A stretch of DNA of 64,000 nt from the human T2T-CHM13v2.0 reference genome, Homo sapiens: assembly GCF_009914755.1 (NCBI RefSeq), contig NC_060927.1. One strand, written 5' to 3'. Positions 41,701-56,649 of this stretch are shown here, one piece after another; positions within the stretch are counted from its first letter, which is position 1; each line of letters begins with the position of its first letter. The translations under genes and the position numbers were made by a program. The notes below the pieces were generated by a model. That model saw only the letters and a list, made by a program, of their open reading frames with translations. It had not been told where the DNA came from and did no database searches.

Positions 41701-42341
41701 AGAGGAGTGTTCAAAACATCTGTGGGACACTGCCCCATTCAGTCATGAGTAGAGAACTTTGAAGCCCCCTTTAGTGATTATATCCTTGGGGTCTCCTGCT
41801 GAGCAGTGTCACTGTGCTCATTGGCTCTCAATGAAGGAATTCTCTCTTACGTCTCCTCTTCTCCATGGTAGCCTATTGATTTTCCCCAGTAGAGGACTCT
41901 GCTGTGGTCATATTCAGTGATGTGGTACAACCAAGGTAACCTATCCAGAGGGCTATCAATCAGTGATATTGATTGGGTGGCTGCCACAGGGTCTTTGACT
42001 GATGCTAGTTGGAAGTGTAGCTCTGAGTGACTTTAAATGTTCTGTATGTTGATCTTGGCTGCATTTTATTTTCATGGTCTCAGTACATCTTGCAAATTGA
42101 TGCCATCAGTAATGATCAAGAAAAGAGGGAGGAGTTTCCTATTGCCATTCCCTGAAAAGAAAAATTAACTTAGTGTCTCCCTGCTTCTCTTCCTCCTCTT
42201 TTTTATCCTTCCTTCCTCCCTCCTTCCTTCCCATTCTGTCTCCTTCTTTTCTATTCTTCCTTTCTTTTTCCCTTCCCTTTATATTAACTTTCTTCTGTGC
42301 TAGGTATTGGAGTCACAAAGATGAATAAGATATGATTTTTT

Positions 42342-42652
42342 GGCCAGGTGCGGTGGCTCATGCCTGTAATCCCAGCACTTTGGGAGACCGAGGCAGGAGG
42401 ACTTGAGTCCAGGAGTTTGAGACCAGCCTGGGCAACAGAAGGAGACCCCATCTCTACAAATAATAAATAATTAGCAGAGTGTGGTGGTGTGTGCCTGAGG
42501 TCCCAGCCACTCTGGAGGTTGAGGCAGGAAGATCACCTGAGCCCGGGAGGTCAAGGCTGCAGTGAGCCATTATTGTGTGCCATTGTACTCCAGCCTGGGT
42601 GACAGAGTGAGACCCTGTCTCAGAAAAAGTAAACCAAACCAAAACAAAAACA
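42342..42652 (+). mobile_element. Alu (J-like)
   Basis: Full dimer. Confidence 0.92.
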
Positions 42653-43689
42653 AGATGTACTCTTTTGACCTTAATGAATTCTTACTTGGTATGGGGGTAG
42701 TATGAAATTCAGGGAATGACATTGAAAACAATCATATTCATAATCTCAATTAAATTCTGCAGTTAGGTACAGGGCACTTCCCTATGCCAATGCACTTTGG
42801 ACAAAATATGAATGAGGCAGTGCTTCAGGGGCTAAGATGCAGTCTGCTGCTTACTATAAAAACGTTGCATATAATGTATGTCCTGATACTCAAATTATTA
42901 ACGAAAAGAATAGATGCAAAATTTAGAATTTCTAGAATGATAATTGTGTATAAGAAAATGAAATACCCAGCTCATATTTCTGAATTTAAAAAATTATTTA
43001 TGTTTCCCAGAACAATATTTTCCCTAAGACCCAAGGTAACCATCTATTTTTCAGCTTTCCAAAAGATAGGTCCACTTCTACCAAGCTGTGTGTTAGATGT
43101 GAGATTTTCCAAGGATATTTACACTTATTTGGCAGGGTGCCTCGTGAGCGGCTTTGATTTGAAATGTGGTTTCAACCACTTCCTAAATTTATACACAACT
43201 CACAAAGAATGAAAATTTTGGTTGTGGAAGTCCATAAATGCTGTTTATAAAACATGGGCACCCTGTCAGATACTCAGTGGTATACCTCTTAAATACTGTT
43301 GATTATTAAGCTTTTATGGAGCACTTTTATATTGCTAGAGTAATCATTTTTATTGGCTTTTCTTGACAACAGCCCAATGTCATTTGATAATATTTTTCTT
43401 TCTATTTTTATATTCCAAGAATAGGGACAAAGTAAATGGATATTCTGGCCACAAATACAGCCAGTGACAAAATGAGGATCAAACTGATTGAACTCTAAAT
43501 CCTCACCTTAACTGTAGCCCTACAGTTCTTTCTCTCTATTAAGGTGTTATGTTTTGTCTCAGTTTCTGCATTTTCTTTTTTATCTTAGCTGTTGTTGTGA
43601 TCTGATGCTTTTGGGAAATACCAACCAGGACCTTACTAGGATATTCTCTGTCCTACCTGCCTTGTAATATAATGCAGGGAAAAGATCTT

Positions 43690-44100
43690 TGAACTGAAAT
43701 AAAGAGACCAGGGTTCTAGTCTCAGTATTTCTACCAACCAGATTTTAGGCAAGTTATTGCTTCTCTGGACCTCATTCATCTCATCCTTAGGAAAAGGGAC
43801 TACGATAGTTGGTTTTTAAGGTTTTCTTTCAAGAGTTAACATATAAAAGTCTAATAATAGGTAGCACTTAATGAGCATTTATTAACTGCCAGGTCCTGTG
43901 CTGAGTGCTATGTGGGGATTGTTCCATTTAATCATCATAACCACTCTGTGGTAGTAATGTAGTAGTGTAATTTTCCCTTCCCTTTTTACAAGGAGAAATC
44001 TTAGCTTTAGGGAGACTATGGGACTTAATCATTGTTGACAGCTAGCAATGTTGAACCAGAAGCCAAACCCTGAGAGTCTGAGAGGTCACATGCTGAACCC
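43690..44100. mobile_element. Two MIR fragments in opposite orientation
   Basis: GGGTTCTAGTCTCAG...GGCAAGTTA, then GAGCATTTATT...TTTAATCATCATAACCACTCTGTG. Confidence 0.6.
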
Positions 44101-44712
44101 TGACACTTATCCAAGTGCTATTCTGGAAGAAACAAAGAGGAGAGGAATGTCTAAGGACCCCAACAATGTGTTATAATATAAGAACATCTCTCTTCTTTGG
44201 ATAATTGGATATTCCAGACTCTTGTCTGGGAATTATTAGGGATAGCATTTACAGATGGGTGTCTAGTAACTACTATAATTCCTGATCATAATTCCCTCAC
44301 AGCCCTATCACCCCAGAATTATTAGGGATATTAAACTGTTTCTGAGTCTTAGATTCTTATTTCAAAAATGCTCCAAGTACTGTTTTATTAGACCTGAGAG
44401 AGCTATAAAGATCAGCTGAAAATGATTGTTCTTAACAGATGTATTACTGACTCCATCAAATACATCAGTTATGCCAGGAGGATCTGAAAACTAGAAATGG
44501 AAATTTTCATATCTCAATCAGATGAAAGTCATTTTATTTATTGTAGGCAATTGCTACCCTAAGTTTAGCTTATCAGAATCAGTATCTTTTTTATATTCTT
44601 GCTTAGGTCTACCCCCCTTTGGCAAGTGCATTTCCAAAGGATCTGGTACCTTTATAACTAAAATATTAAAGAACTTAATAGAAGAGACAAATTAAAGAGC
44701 AATCATTAACTC

Positions 44713-44993
44713 TTTTTTGAGACAGAGTCTCGCTCTGTTGCTCAGGCTGGAGTACAGTGGCACGATCTCAGCTCACTGTAACCTCTGACTCCTGGGTTCT
44801 AGTGATTCTCCTGCCTCAACCTCCCTAGTGGCTGGGATTACAGGCACCTGCCACCATGCCTGGCTAATTTTTGTATTTTTAGTAAAGACGGGGTTTTACC
44901 ATGTTGGTCAGGCTGGTCTCAAACTCCTGACCTCAGGTGATCCGCCTGCTTCAGCCTCGCTGGGATTACAGGTGTGAGCCACTGCGCCTGGCC
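44713..44993 (-). mobile_element. Alu (S-like) with short tail and small internal deletion
   Basis: Dimer; ATTAACTCTTT on both flanks; CCAAAGT segment missing near 44958. Confidence 0.92.
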
Positions 44994-45288
44994 CTTTTAT
45001 TAACTCTTTAGTTAAAAAAGTAAGCAGACAAAAGACAAGATGAAGGAATGTGTTGTGGAGTCACATGACTCATATTGTTGAGGCCATTCATTCATTCTTT
45101 CATAGCTTTTATTAAATTGTTACTGTCACCTCATAAAAGAATCTGGAAAACAGACATGTTCTTCCCCCAATTTTAAAGTTGTGAAACTACATTTGGAACT
45201 AAAAATTAATATTTCTTAAAATATAGACTATTATTCAGATATTAACACACATTCATAAAATATTTTTCTTTTTTCTCTACATACATGT

Positions 45289-45297
45289 GCGCGCGCG

Positions 45298-45344
<47 letters not shown>
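45289..45344 (+). repeat. (GC)9(AC)19 compound microsatellite
   Basis: Directly visible. Confidence 0.97.
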
Positions 45345-45346
<2 letters not shown>

Positions 45347-48116
45347 CAATCTTGCAATGGTAGACCAAGGAGGCATCTTTGAAGTGTGGGACATATGGCT
45401 TCTTAGCCAACCATCCTCACTTTTCCATAGTCCCTTATTTTCTTAACTATTAGATAATGGGCTTAAGGGATGGGGTTGATAGTAGAGAAGTTTAGATAGA
45501 GGGGCAAAGAATCTAGAAGAGTCAATTCTAAGAAAGTTTATTATTAGACTAGAGGCCCAGAAGACAGCAAGAATATCTCAGTAGAGGTTTCTAATCCCGT
45601 CTTACACTTGAGATTGAATATAAAGAGTTGAAAATGATGTTTTCTGATATGACTGGACTTCTGATTCATAATCCTCCTAACCCTGTCTCTGGATGGAAAA
45701 CTATAGCTATAATAGCTACAGTGGCTATAGCCTATAGACAGCCATAATTTGCTATCAATAGTTTCATTTCCATCTTACACTTAATTCAATATCAGTGTAT
45801 TTTTATATGCTTTTATTTCATTAAAGTAATTAAACAGCTTCAAGGGTTAATAAAACCTTGGATGCTTATGTAGAGCAATGGATACATCTGATAGACATCT
45901 GATAAGCTTTTTAAAATTTTGTCGGTAGACTGTCATTAAAACATAAAGTATTATATGGATAAGCTAATACAAATCTCTTCCAATTCTTTTTTTTAAAACT
46001 CTACATTCACAGTCGTTGGATATTTGACCAATAGTGAAATTAACTAACAGGCCTAAGTATTTGAAATGGGCTATTGAACGTCCCGAGAAAAGGTGGTATG
46101 GAAGATATACAAGTTAGATGTGATTACTCAGCAATCCTCACACTTATTTGTAATCACCAAATCACAAATTAGAGGATTATGAGAATTAAAATATTTCAGT
46201 TTGATCATCTCACACCATTCTACTTGGAAGGGAAATTGTAGTTCTTAAGATATCTTCAGGGGAAGAAAGTATTCTAGGAAGGCTTTTTGCCTTTCTTTGT
46301 AAAACATGTTCAACATAAATATTCTATCCTGGTGGCACATATACAGTGAAATAACTTTTGAAGGTTTTTTTTTCCCCTGTTTTATTTTGTTTTTCCAGTA
46401 TGAGTTAGTAGAATCTTTTGGAATTTGGAATAGAAACCAGAAGCCATTTACTTAAAATGGTCCCTTCTTACTGGTGCATGATGAATGTGTGTGTCTCTCA
46501 GATAAAGTGGAGATGAACATTTCTATAGCCTTGAAAAAAATGTTCTCTTCCCTGGTGTATGACAAAGTGAAGGATATAATTTAGATATGTTTAAGCACTG
46601 TATCCATGCCTGTAGTATACCCTTCTGCCAATTTCCAAGCACATATGTATACACACACATTCAATATGTAGGGAAAGGGCTGCCCAAGAGTTCAGACTGT
46701 AGGGAAAATCTGGAAGAACGGTAAGTTCCACATTTTCTTCACCCTTCAGCCCAAAAAGAAGTAGAGAATGGCTCCAGGAACACCCTTTGTCTCTCTGAGG
46801 GTGTGTGTGAAGAGTAATGGTCGTTTCTCGGCTGCTCATGTAATCAGGATATGTTTGTGAACCTACAGTGGGTTGAGGAGAGTTAAGAGTTGGGATTAAA
46901 GCTATCTACGATGAAATTTATAGTGCCTAAGAACTAAAACCCTGGTTTGGCTAATTAGGGGAACATTATCCAGGAAGAGTTCTTGGTGTAGAGGTTGCCT
47001 CATCTGAATCTTAAAGGATAAAATTTATCCAATGAAAAGAGACGTCATTTATTTAAAAACTTGAGACACCACCTTTCATTCAAGTTAACACACATGTATA
47101 AATAAATTGATTCAGGTCATAATTCTGCAGCAGCTTTTTAACCTTCAGTGGAAAAAGTAGCTTCATGTCTGTGTTGTTTATTGTTGCTTTTCCTGCATCT
47201 GTGACAATACTTTGAATGAATAATATTATGCCTTAGAGAAAATCCTAAACTGACCCAGGAAAATGAATACAGAAGCTCATTGGAAAGTTTAGTGTTACTC
47301 AGGCCTGTAAGTCATCCCTGAGGTTGCCAGAATTCAAACCATTTAGGGCTTCATAGACCAGTGTGAGCATTTTGCATTATATTCAGAAACATATTGAGAA
47401 CTAGAGGAAGTCAAGGCTGCTCCCTACTGAAAGCAGGTGATTAATTTCACTCCAGCCACATGAATGACCTGTGGGTGGCCCTTGCTAGTGTGTGACAGAA
47501 ACACCCAGGGAAGAAATGATTTGCCAGGTTCCTTGGCTTCCTTTCCTCATCTGACACAATTAAGTAATCTTTGCAAGGTGTGTAAGAGTCTATTGAACCT
47601 GCTGTTGCTCCACTGTAGGGTGAATTGTTATTGTGTTCCCAAACCAACAGTGTTGGGACACAGACCAGTAAACAGGCTTTCCCATTCCTTAATGCAAACA
47701 TAATTTGTGTACAGCCTGTGAGCTATTCAGATTACAGACCATGAGGGACATTGCAGTGGGAGGCTGAAAGGATTCTTCCCTACACAAAAACTGCAACTTA
47801 AAGTCACCCTCATGTATTTGGTAAAAAGACAGAATGTGCCCCACTTTGTGAAATTCTATTCCAGTTTAAAGGGCTAAGAAAGCGCAGAGTTCAGTAATGT
47901 GGCTTCAGTGTTCTCCCCATTGGTGTAATCAAATCCTTTTAGAAGGAAAACCAGCGGTGGAAGATTTTTTTTATTTCCTCCTTCCTCTTCCTTTGATATT
48001 GGTGGTTTAATTATAATAGATTCATAAGAGAACCTGGCCCCTATTGGAAGATATGTTAGTTTTCTTTTTCTTGCCACCAAGGTGTAAACCATTCATTATG
48101 ATTTTATCAGATATCT

Positions 48117-48326
48117 GCAGCGGCATGCTGGTAAACTGGCTCTCCAAAAAATAAAACAAAACTCTAACAGCCTTTATTTGTAGTTTTTGCCAATTTCTAT
48201 GGTATAAATACTCCCATCCTAGCTGATTTCAGGCTACCAATGTGTAATCTCCAAATAAGCAGTTGGGAAGAAGTGCTAATATCTTGCTGTCAGCAGCCAA
48301 TGTTAGTCAGCTCCAGCATACCCCAG
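48117..48326 (-). mobile_element. MER63-like hAT DNA transposon relic
   Basis: Degenerate TIRs CAGCGGCATGCTGG / CCAGCATACCCCAG; internal ATAAATACTCCCA...GATTTCAGGCTACCAA. Confidence 0.65.
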
Positions 48327-50151
48327 ATCATTATATTTTAGCAATTTGATTAATTTTATTTTGATAATTCTAAAATACTAAGAATAGTAATTATCAACTT
48401 CCAAATAATGTATCAGTGTAGAAGCATATAAATATACATTTGTAAAACCACATAGTTATGTACATATATATGTGATGGCATGAGAAGTACTTTCAACATT
48501 CGCAGTCATTTCTGTTGAGCATTGTACACTTGCTAAAGGTTAAGGAAGAAAAGTAAAGTTTAGAATTGGTATTCTTGTATTCAATTAGAAAAGCAATTGC
48601 TACTGAAGGAATTTGTACATTGTCCTCAAAATTTGATCTGAGCTGTATCTTTTTAATGCATTGAAAGGCTTTTCATCTTTTTTTAAAGGAAAGTGCATAA
48701 TTTATTATATTTATGAGGTTATAATAAAATGGATACTTAGGAACTTTAAACATGAGTTAAAAGTAATCATCAGATATAAAATTCTCAAATCTTGGAACCC
48801 AAAATACTAAATTTTAGAATTTTCTTAAAACCTCTTTCTCATGATTAACTTAGTTTGAAAATTATTATGTTCTTTCATAAGAAAAGAAGGAAAATTTAAA
48901 AATAGACATGTTGATGGAGGCAATAGTTCTTCTCAGCTGGTTTTTCGGAGATGATTTCAGGGTTCAGATTGATTTGCAACCATTTAACATTTAATGCAGA
49001 GGAAGAGTTGACTATTTCCTTCCCTCATACTAATTTTTAGTGAGAAAGATGCTTTTCGTGCTAGGAGGAACATTGTGAAACAATGTCTTCACAGAGGTAG
49101 AATCAGATGAGTAAGTAATTGCTGAAGGCAGACATTTTCAAAATTGTTAGCCTAGGCACTATTTGCTCAAATGAGTTTAAAATATATACACTAAACCCCA
49201 AAGCAGAGAAGCTTTGGTTGAGAATGATAGGGGAAAGTGGAGATGACTGAAGATGTCCTGAAATCCCCCCTCTTTTTTTTTTTTTTGCATCTATCCCTAC
49301 CCTCTAGGTAGATCATTTCTGAGCCTTGAAGTACAGTTTGAAAAATGCAAATTTCAGAAATTTCTCAGCTACTTATTGTCTACATGTGGACAGCAACAAA
49401 AGAGTCAATGCCAATCGATCTCATTTACTGTAAGCTGATCTTCACAATGAGTATGGATAACTGCACCCATATTGATGATATAGTAGATTTTGTGTATTAC
49501 TTATAAGGTCAACAGAAAATTGATTCATATTACAGTCCTATTGTGTAGTCGCAGATAGGACTGGTGTGAGTAACTTCTAAACATGGCTTTAGGCAACTAA
49601 CCACTGTTCCATTTAATTTTAGTTCCACTGGTATTAAAACCATGCAGAATTTATTTTCTAAATGATATTTTACAAATCATAATCCCAAAGAAAATTTATT
49701 TTCTAGAATCCTCAATCAATGAACTTTGAGTTGTGTTGCTGGAGCCTGGAGTTCCATGGAGCAGCATCTCAGCAGTAGTTTCTGGGAACTGCGGTTGTTT
49801 TGCAGAGGCCAGGTTAACAAGGATTGGGTTCCTAGGATTGGGGTCCTATCTCGCAATCCCCTACACCTCTACCAAACTATTTCGTGATCTTGGTTAAACT
49901 TTGATTTGACATTTTAACTAATAATAATTAAAAATTACTGTTTTAAACTTAAGACCAAATTCAAAAGGTCTTCAATCTTGGCAAGATTAAAACTCAACAT
50001 AATTCAAAACTCATCTTTTCAGGCAGGCATCCAATCTGTACTTAGCTTGAATTGTTTATTTTACAAACAGATACTGCTCAAATTCTAAAATTTGACTTGT
50101 AGTATAAACCATAAAAACATGGAATTTGAGTGACTCACCCAGGGTTACTAA

Positions 50152-50476
<325 letters not shown>

Positions 50477-50819
50477 TCAAATTATTAAAATTATTATATC
50501 CATGGGTACTTTAACTTAAAAAATAGGCTAATAATGCAGTAATATTTTTTAGTTATACTCCAGTGTCAACATAATTGTATAAATAATGCATTCCTTCTGA
50601 TGGGATACTATTTAAAAAACTCTATCTATACAATTTTGGAATATCCACAAAAATAAGATTTCTAGAAGGTTAAAGGCCGAAATCAGTCTCAAAAATTCTA
50701 AAAAATCTGTCGCCTTTCTTTCTCCCACTCCTTAGCCCTAGTGGACGATAGCTGTTTGTGCCTCTGTTGAAGCACGTGCCCCAAAAGGAAACATGCCTGG
50801 GCAATGGGGCCAATTCTTA

Positions 50820-51560
50820 TTTAACTCCGCGGACTGACATCCTAAATGCCTCTTCAGTGATTAACATCACAACGTGACACAATTCAGCTGGGTAAAAGGG
50901 ATAGGTCCCATAATGCCATGCTCACTCCTTATAAATTCAAGTAGACTACTTGAAAAACCACTCATACAAAGCTATGAATTTATACCTGTCCATATCAATG
51001 CCCCACAAAAAACCTCCCAATGCTTGCCTACTTTTTGCAATCTGAATACAATCTAACTTACTTCCGCAGCCTAGGAGGCCTCATATGATCTCACGTCTTA
51101 GCTTTCTGATCAGATGTCCTTCTGCTCAGCCCTTCTTCCCCATTCTCCAGCCCTAATAGCTTTCTTAAGGTCTCTTGAATGTATACAGCTTGCTCCTGTC
51201 CCAGGGCCTTTACACTTGCTTTCTCCCTTGAGCTTCCCATGGTCACCTCTTAGCCCTGGCCTCTTGGCACTCAGGTCTCCATTTGAATGTCCCTTACTCA
51301 GACAAGTCTTCCCTGACCATTTGGGCAGAACAGCACTGCACTACCCCTACCAATGCCAACAGTTACATCACATTACCCAGTTTATTTTCTCCGTAGCATT
51401 CTTAGTGCCTAAAACGACTGTGTTTATCTGTGTCGTCCTCAGTTTCTCTCCCTCTCAGTAGACTTTTCATTTCTTGAAGGCTGCATGGTAGCCCCAGTGC
51501 TCAGAATAGAGCACAGCACATAGAAGGCTCTCAATAGACATCCTCTGACTGGCCAATAAT
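50820..51560 (+). mobile_element. L2 fragment
   Basis: CCCAGGGCCTTTACACTTGCT...TCTTCCCTGACCA...CCCAGTGCTCAGAATAG. Confidence 0.6.
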
Positions 51561-51849
51561 ATGGATTGCACCTATGGAGAGATTTCTTTTCATAAACAGC
51601 TTGAAAGGGAAAGAACCATTTAATTTTTTAAATTTGAAGCCCCACAAGAAAAGCTAAGAGTTTTTCAGGCAAGTGTCCATCTTTATTGCTTGCAGCCCAG
51701 TTCTTTGGAATTTTATACATCAGCAACTTCTTTTCCATGACCCATTTCTAAATATTTCCTAGGCACCCAGACACTCTGAGTCTGAATGAGGATATTTGAT
51801 TGAGAAGGAAAATTGGTCAGAATGTGAAAAAGGAAGGTGGGCCCTTAGG

Positions 51850-52120
51850 AGGAACAAGGTGGGGATGTGGATAGAGATTCTTTACTTCCTATAGAGAAAA
51901 GGGAGAGTAGGAGGGAAGAATAATGGGGTAGAAAATGGAGAAAAAAGTGGGAGGAAAAAAAGCAGAAGAGGACCAGAAATCGATCAGGGGAGGCAGAAAG
52001 AATAAGCAAGGGCAAAGTGGAGAAAGAATAGATGGTAGAAAAGAGAAAGAAGGAATAATAGGCGAGAAAGCAAGAGGTGTGGGAGAAGCAGGGCTGGAGG
52101 GGCGCTGAAGAGCAGGGGAA
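51850..52120 (+). repeat. GA-rich polypurine low-complexity tract
   Basis: Directly visible strand-biased composition. Confidence 0.8.
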
Positions 52121-52599
52121 GGCACTGACTGAGCTGAGTACCAAGAGACAGCCGTGGTTTTCTTGTAGCTCTGTTTCTGACAAGCTCTCTGGCCATGGCC
52201 AAGGCCAATTTACCTTCCTTGCTGGTAAAAGATGGTTTTATGGGATCTTCCAGCACTAGCGCTCTCTGTTCTTGGCTTCACAAACAGCAGGCCCTAAAGG
52301 GTTCCTTGACAAATGGATTTTCTGTCTTTGAGCAGATCTAAGTGGCAGATGGGGCACAGCTCCCCTAGGAGAGACCCCCCCGCCACCCCCTGCCCACCAT
52401 TGTCTGAGCCCTTCTGCAGCATCAGTCCCCAGCCAGCGCTGCCTCAACAAACCAAGAGACATTGTCTCTGCTTGCTTCCAGACAGGAAAAGAAAAGGATT
52501 GAGTTTCATAATCTCACAATTTTAAATGTAGGCCTATTTCCATAAGAAGTTTCAGATTACAAGGCATGTTTCAGAAACATTTTTTTACTTTGAACACCT

Positions 52600-52800
52600 C
52601 ATAAAGAGACAGTCTTGGAACTGGACAGTCCTGGGTTCAACCTCAGGTTCCTCACTGCATGGTTTTAATGATTTGTATAACCTTCAGTGTCTTCATCTAT
52701 AAGATAGAGATTAAAATGTTACCCTTAAACAGTTGTGATGAGGATTTAATGAGGTAACATATTTAAAGAACCAGGTATAGAGTAGGTCCTCAATTATTAT
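52600..52800 (+). mobile_element. MIR
   Basis: CCTGGGTTCAA...TCAGTGTCTTCATCTATAA...GTTGTGATGAGGATTTAATGAG. Confidence 0.65.
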
Positions 52801-52827
52801 CATTTTGCCTAAGTTTTCTTCTGATAA

Positions 52828-53212
<385 letters not shown>

Positions 53213-55939
53213 CCCTCTGGGCAAATCTTAAAATTGAAGATGGTAAAAGCATGGATAATCTGTCATCTTCCTACAGGTAAAATAGTGGAAGAAATTACTT
53301 CATCCAGCAAATAAAGAGAACAATGGTTTCTTGGTGACCCAAAGTAAAGTATTTCAGAGTACTATTTTGTATTCGAAGTAATACAAAAGACAAATATATT
53401 ATTCAGTGGATACTGCAACAATAGACAGAATTGCAACAAACATGAATTTAGCCAAATCTCTTGCTTGGAGGCCTGCAGTGGAGGAGAAATATCAGAGCGA
53501 TCTTGGAATCGGACCTATCTATGTTTGAATCAAAGGTCCAGTCCCTAACCAGCTCTATGCCATTAATTCAGCGTCAGCTTTGTCATTGTGAAATAAAATA
53601 TCCTCATTGCTGAACTTGGTGGTTGTCGGTATTAAATAGATCATGTGTAAAAGGTGTCTATTATGGTATTTTATTGAACACACAGTAAGTGCCTAATAGA
53701 AAGTCACCATTGTTCCTGTTCCTTTCAGCTGAAGCTATTGGGGAACTTTCTTTTTCTTTGGTACTACACCTGATTTTATGAAGGAAATTAACGTGCAAAT
53801 AGGACATGATTTATGGCCAGCAAGAGAGACACATAATGATTTGCAGTCTCTTTTGGGAGTCAGAGTCTATTCTATTTGGCCTACCTTGTAGCTCAGCAAC
53901 ATTACCAAGTCCTTACATTATCAGTAATGATTGAGCCTGGAAGTCAGCCAAGGTTACCAGGTAGTGATGTTAGGGTTAATTTGGGCTTCATGTAATTTGT
54001 CCCTCAGAAACTGCAATCTAGGGATTCAATAGAAAAGGTTGGGATACCTTAAGGGAAATAGCTAACACACTCTTTCCAGGTAGATACCAGCTATAACTTG
54101 TCACATCTTGTATTTCAATCCTACAGTCTTAGACCTAAAAGGAAACTTAAAAATTGCCTAAGCCTGGGAACTGGATGGGCTTCAGGAGGGTTCTTTCATC
54201 TCCTAAGATTATTTGCAACATGTTATACTGTGTGTGCATACGGATGATATTCTTGGCAAAATGACCTTGTCTTTCATCAGATACTCTACTGGGACCACTG
54301 CACAAAAATATTATGATGCACTATGCTTGAACAATCTCCAGGAGAAGTTGTGTGTGCCTGTGTTTTAATGAACGATGAAGCATGTTCTGGGATTCAGTTG
54401 CATGGTCTGGCCATGGTCCCACAATGAGTTAGCATCAGAATAGAGGAGATAAACCCAGATATCGCAAGGACTGTATTCTACTGTCATTCAATTAATTTGT
54501 ACTTATTAATACGTATAATTTCCACACTACACAGGCATTGTGAGGGATGTAGATTATAAAAGTGAATATCTGTTGTCATGGAAGTTACAGTCTGGATGGG
54601 GAGAAAAGTAAGGCTCTTAAAAGAAAACAGAAACAAAAAAGACTCAGTACCAGTATAGAACAAAATAAGTCTGTGACTGCTTGCAAACTGCAGTCTGTAG
54701 TTGTGGCAAAGGAATTCAGAGACCACGATAGTGGGTAGGGTCTGAAGAAAAGAAATGAGCATTATGATGAAGCATTGGTGAGGATACCGGCCTTAGTAGT
54801 TTGTGCCAGTGAGGAGAAGGTAGGGTATGTTGGACCTTGAAGTGGTCGGAAGTTTTCAGTCTTGGTCCAACAGCAAATAGAGGGTGGTTAAAGTTTTTAC
54901 TTCACCATATTATTTTTGCTCCCAGAATGACTCTGATGTCTCTATGAAGTGTACACAAAGCACAATCCACACTTATGAATTCAGTTCAAAGATATTAATA
55001 TTATTTCAGCATACCTGTTAAAGTGACTTAACAATCTACTTGTAGACTGAGTTTTTGGTCATATTCGAAGGACCAAAAAATCAAAATTGATTTAGGATTA
55101 ACTTCAAAATAGGACCCAATCACAATAGTTGTTCCTATTGCACTGCTATGCAGTTTGCCTGGGGTCATTTCTTCCTGGAGAGTGACGCCTGACACGCCTG
55201 CCTTCCACTCAGCCTCCACAGCTGGGAACAGAATTACACTGGTGCCCTCTGCTGGGATGAAATGGGAAGTTGATCAGGAAACAATGGTGTCCTCGTCTTT
55301 TCAACATAGAGATGGAGGTGGCGATTCCAGGCCCACTGCAGCCTCCAGGCTGGATTCATTTAGTGTTCTCTCCAGGCCTCCCTCTCAGGTGTCTTCTTTG
55401 CATCATACCTGAATTTATTAACCAAAGGGAGTAATTGGATTTTTATTGTAAGAAGGTTGTCAGCTAATTTTTAAAAGTAGTCCAAGGAAATGCTGCCCCC
55501 TTTCCTCTGACAATTTGAGAGCTGGGCCCTGGTTTCAACACACAGGGCTAGTCATCTTGGGTGGTGGCTTGGCCGTCTTGCTAGAGAACAATACATATTA
55601 AGAGCCACGGGGAGACTCTGGGACCATTTAAAAAAATCCTGTTAAATTATTATTATTATTATTATTTATTTTAACGGTGAGGAAAGCACATTGATATTCA
55701 TTGCTGATTTTCTTGGCTCAAATAAACAGCATTAATGCTATGGTGTTAAATTCAATTTAGAGTGTCTACTCTGGTGTGCCTTTGGTACCCTGCTCAGCTG
55801 ATTTTTCTGCTAGAGGTGAAAAAACATTCAGTTGTAATTAAGAAAGGGGTGGGGGAGTGCTGAGAAGGAAACCGAAAGAGAGAAGAGTTGTGAAGTCTCA
55901 TGTGTGCAAATTGGTAATGGACTTCTAAAATAAAATGAT

Positions 55940-56340
55940 GGGGGCTGGGGCGGGGCGGGGCAGGGGAGAGGATGGATTGAAATGATCCTTTCCTGCTCCC
56001 CACTTTTATTTTATTTTATTTTGTTTAGGATCAATAATTTGGACATGGAGGTCTGCTGCTGGTTTCCATAACAACCTGGCTTATTGAAAAACTGCAGGCT
56101 CCACGAATCCCCAATTATCAGCCTTCCAGGGCTTATTAATGGAGTTGAGCATCCCAGTGAGGCAGGCAGCTCATTGCTGGCACGTGCCCGGTGGGCTGGC
56201 GGAGGGTGGAGGAGATGGGAAGAGGAGATGTGTGGTGAGACAGCAGCCATTTGTCCCCGTCACTTGCAGGGGAGGGGGGAGCAGTCATTCAGGAGGCTGT
56301 GAGAGCGTCTCTTGAAACCCTGAGTGGCTGCCGCTGCTGT
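55940..56340. promoter_or_regulatory. Candidate intronic enhancer (GC boxes/G4, X-box-like, homeobox and E-box motifs)
   Basis: GGGGCGGGGCGGGG; GTTTCCATAACAAC at 56062-56075; TAAT/ATTA cores; GGCACGTGCC at 56179-56188; non-repetitive and GC-elevated. Confidence 0.45.
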
Positions 56341-56649
56341 TACAGGCAGCCCAGAAATCGAAGCATAGCTTGTTTTTCCAGCTCCACCCCGAAGCCATCT
56401 ATCTGGAATAAATCCTTATGAATATATCACAAGCCCTGTATGTCTATTGAGCTTCTATAATTAATCGGGCTTTCCTCACAAAGACAATGGTGACTCTATA
56501 TTTCTAATATTAACTCAAGCCTTAATTAAAATGTGAAGCCAACCTAATGCATATTTGATAGCTTTGAATTACTCAGTCTTTGGTCTGGCTTCACTTATTA
56601 GGCCCTCGCCATAGAATAATTACAATAGCAACAATAATACCGATGATGA

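Noticed and set aside
42784-43212. 142-aa ORF
   Set aside because: AT-rich intronic sequence, no recognisable domain or exon structure; compatible with chance
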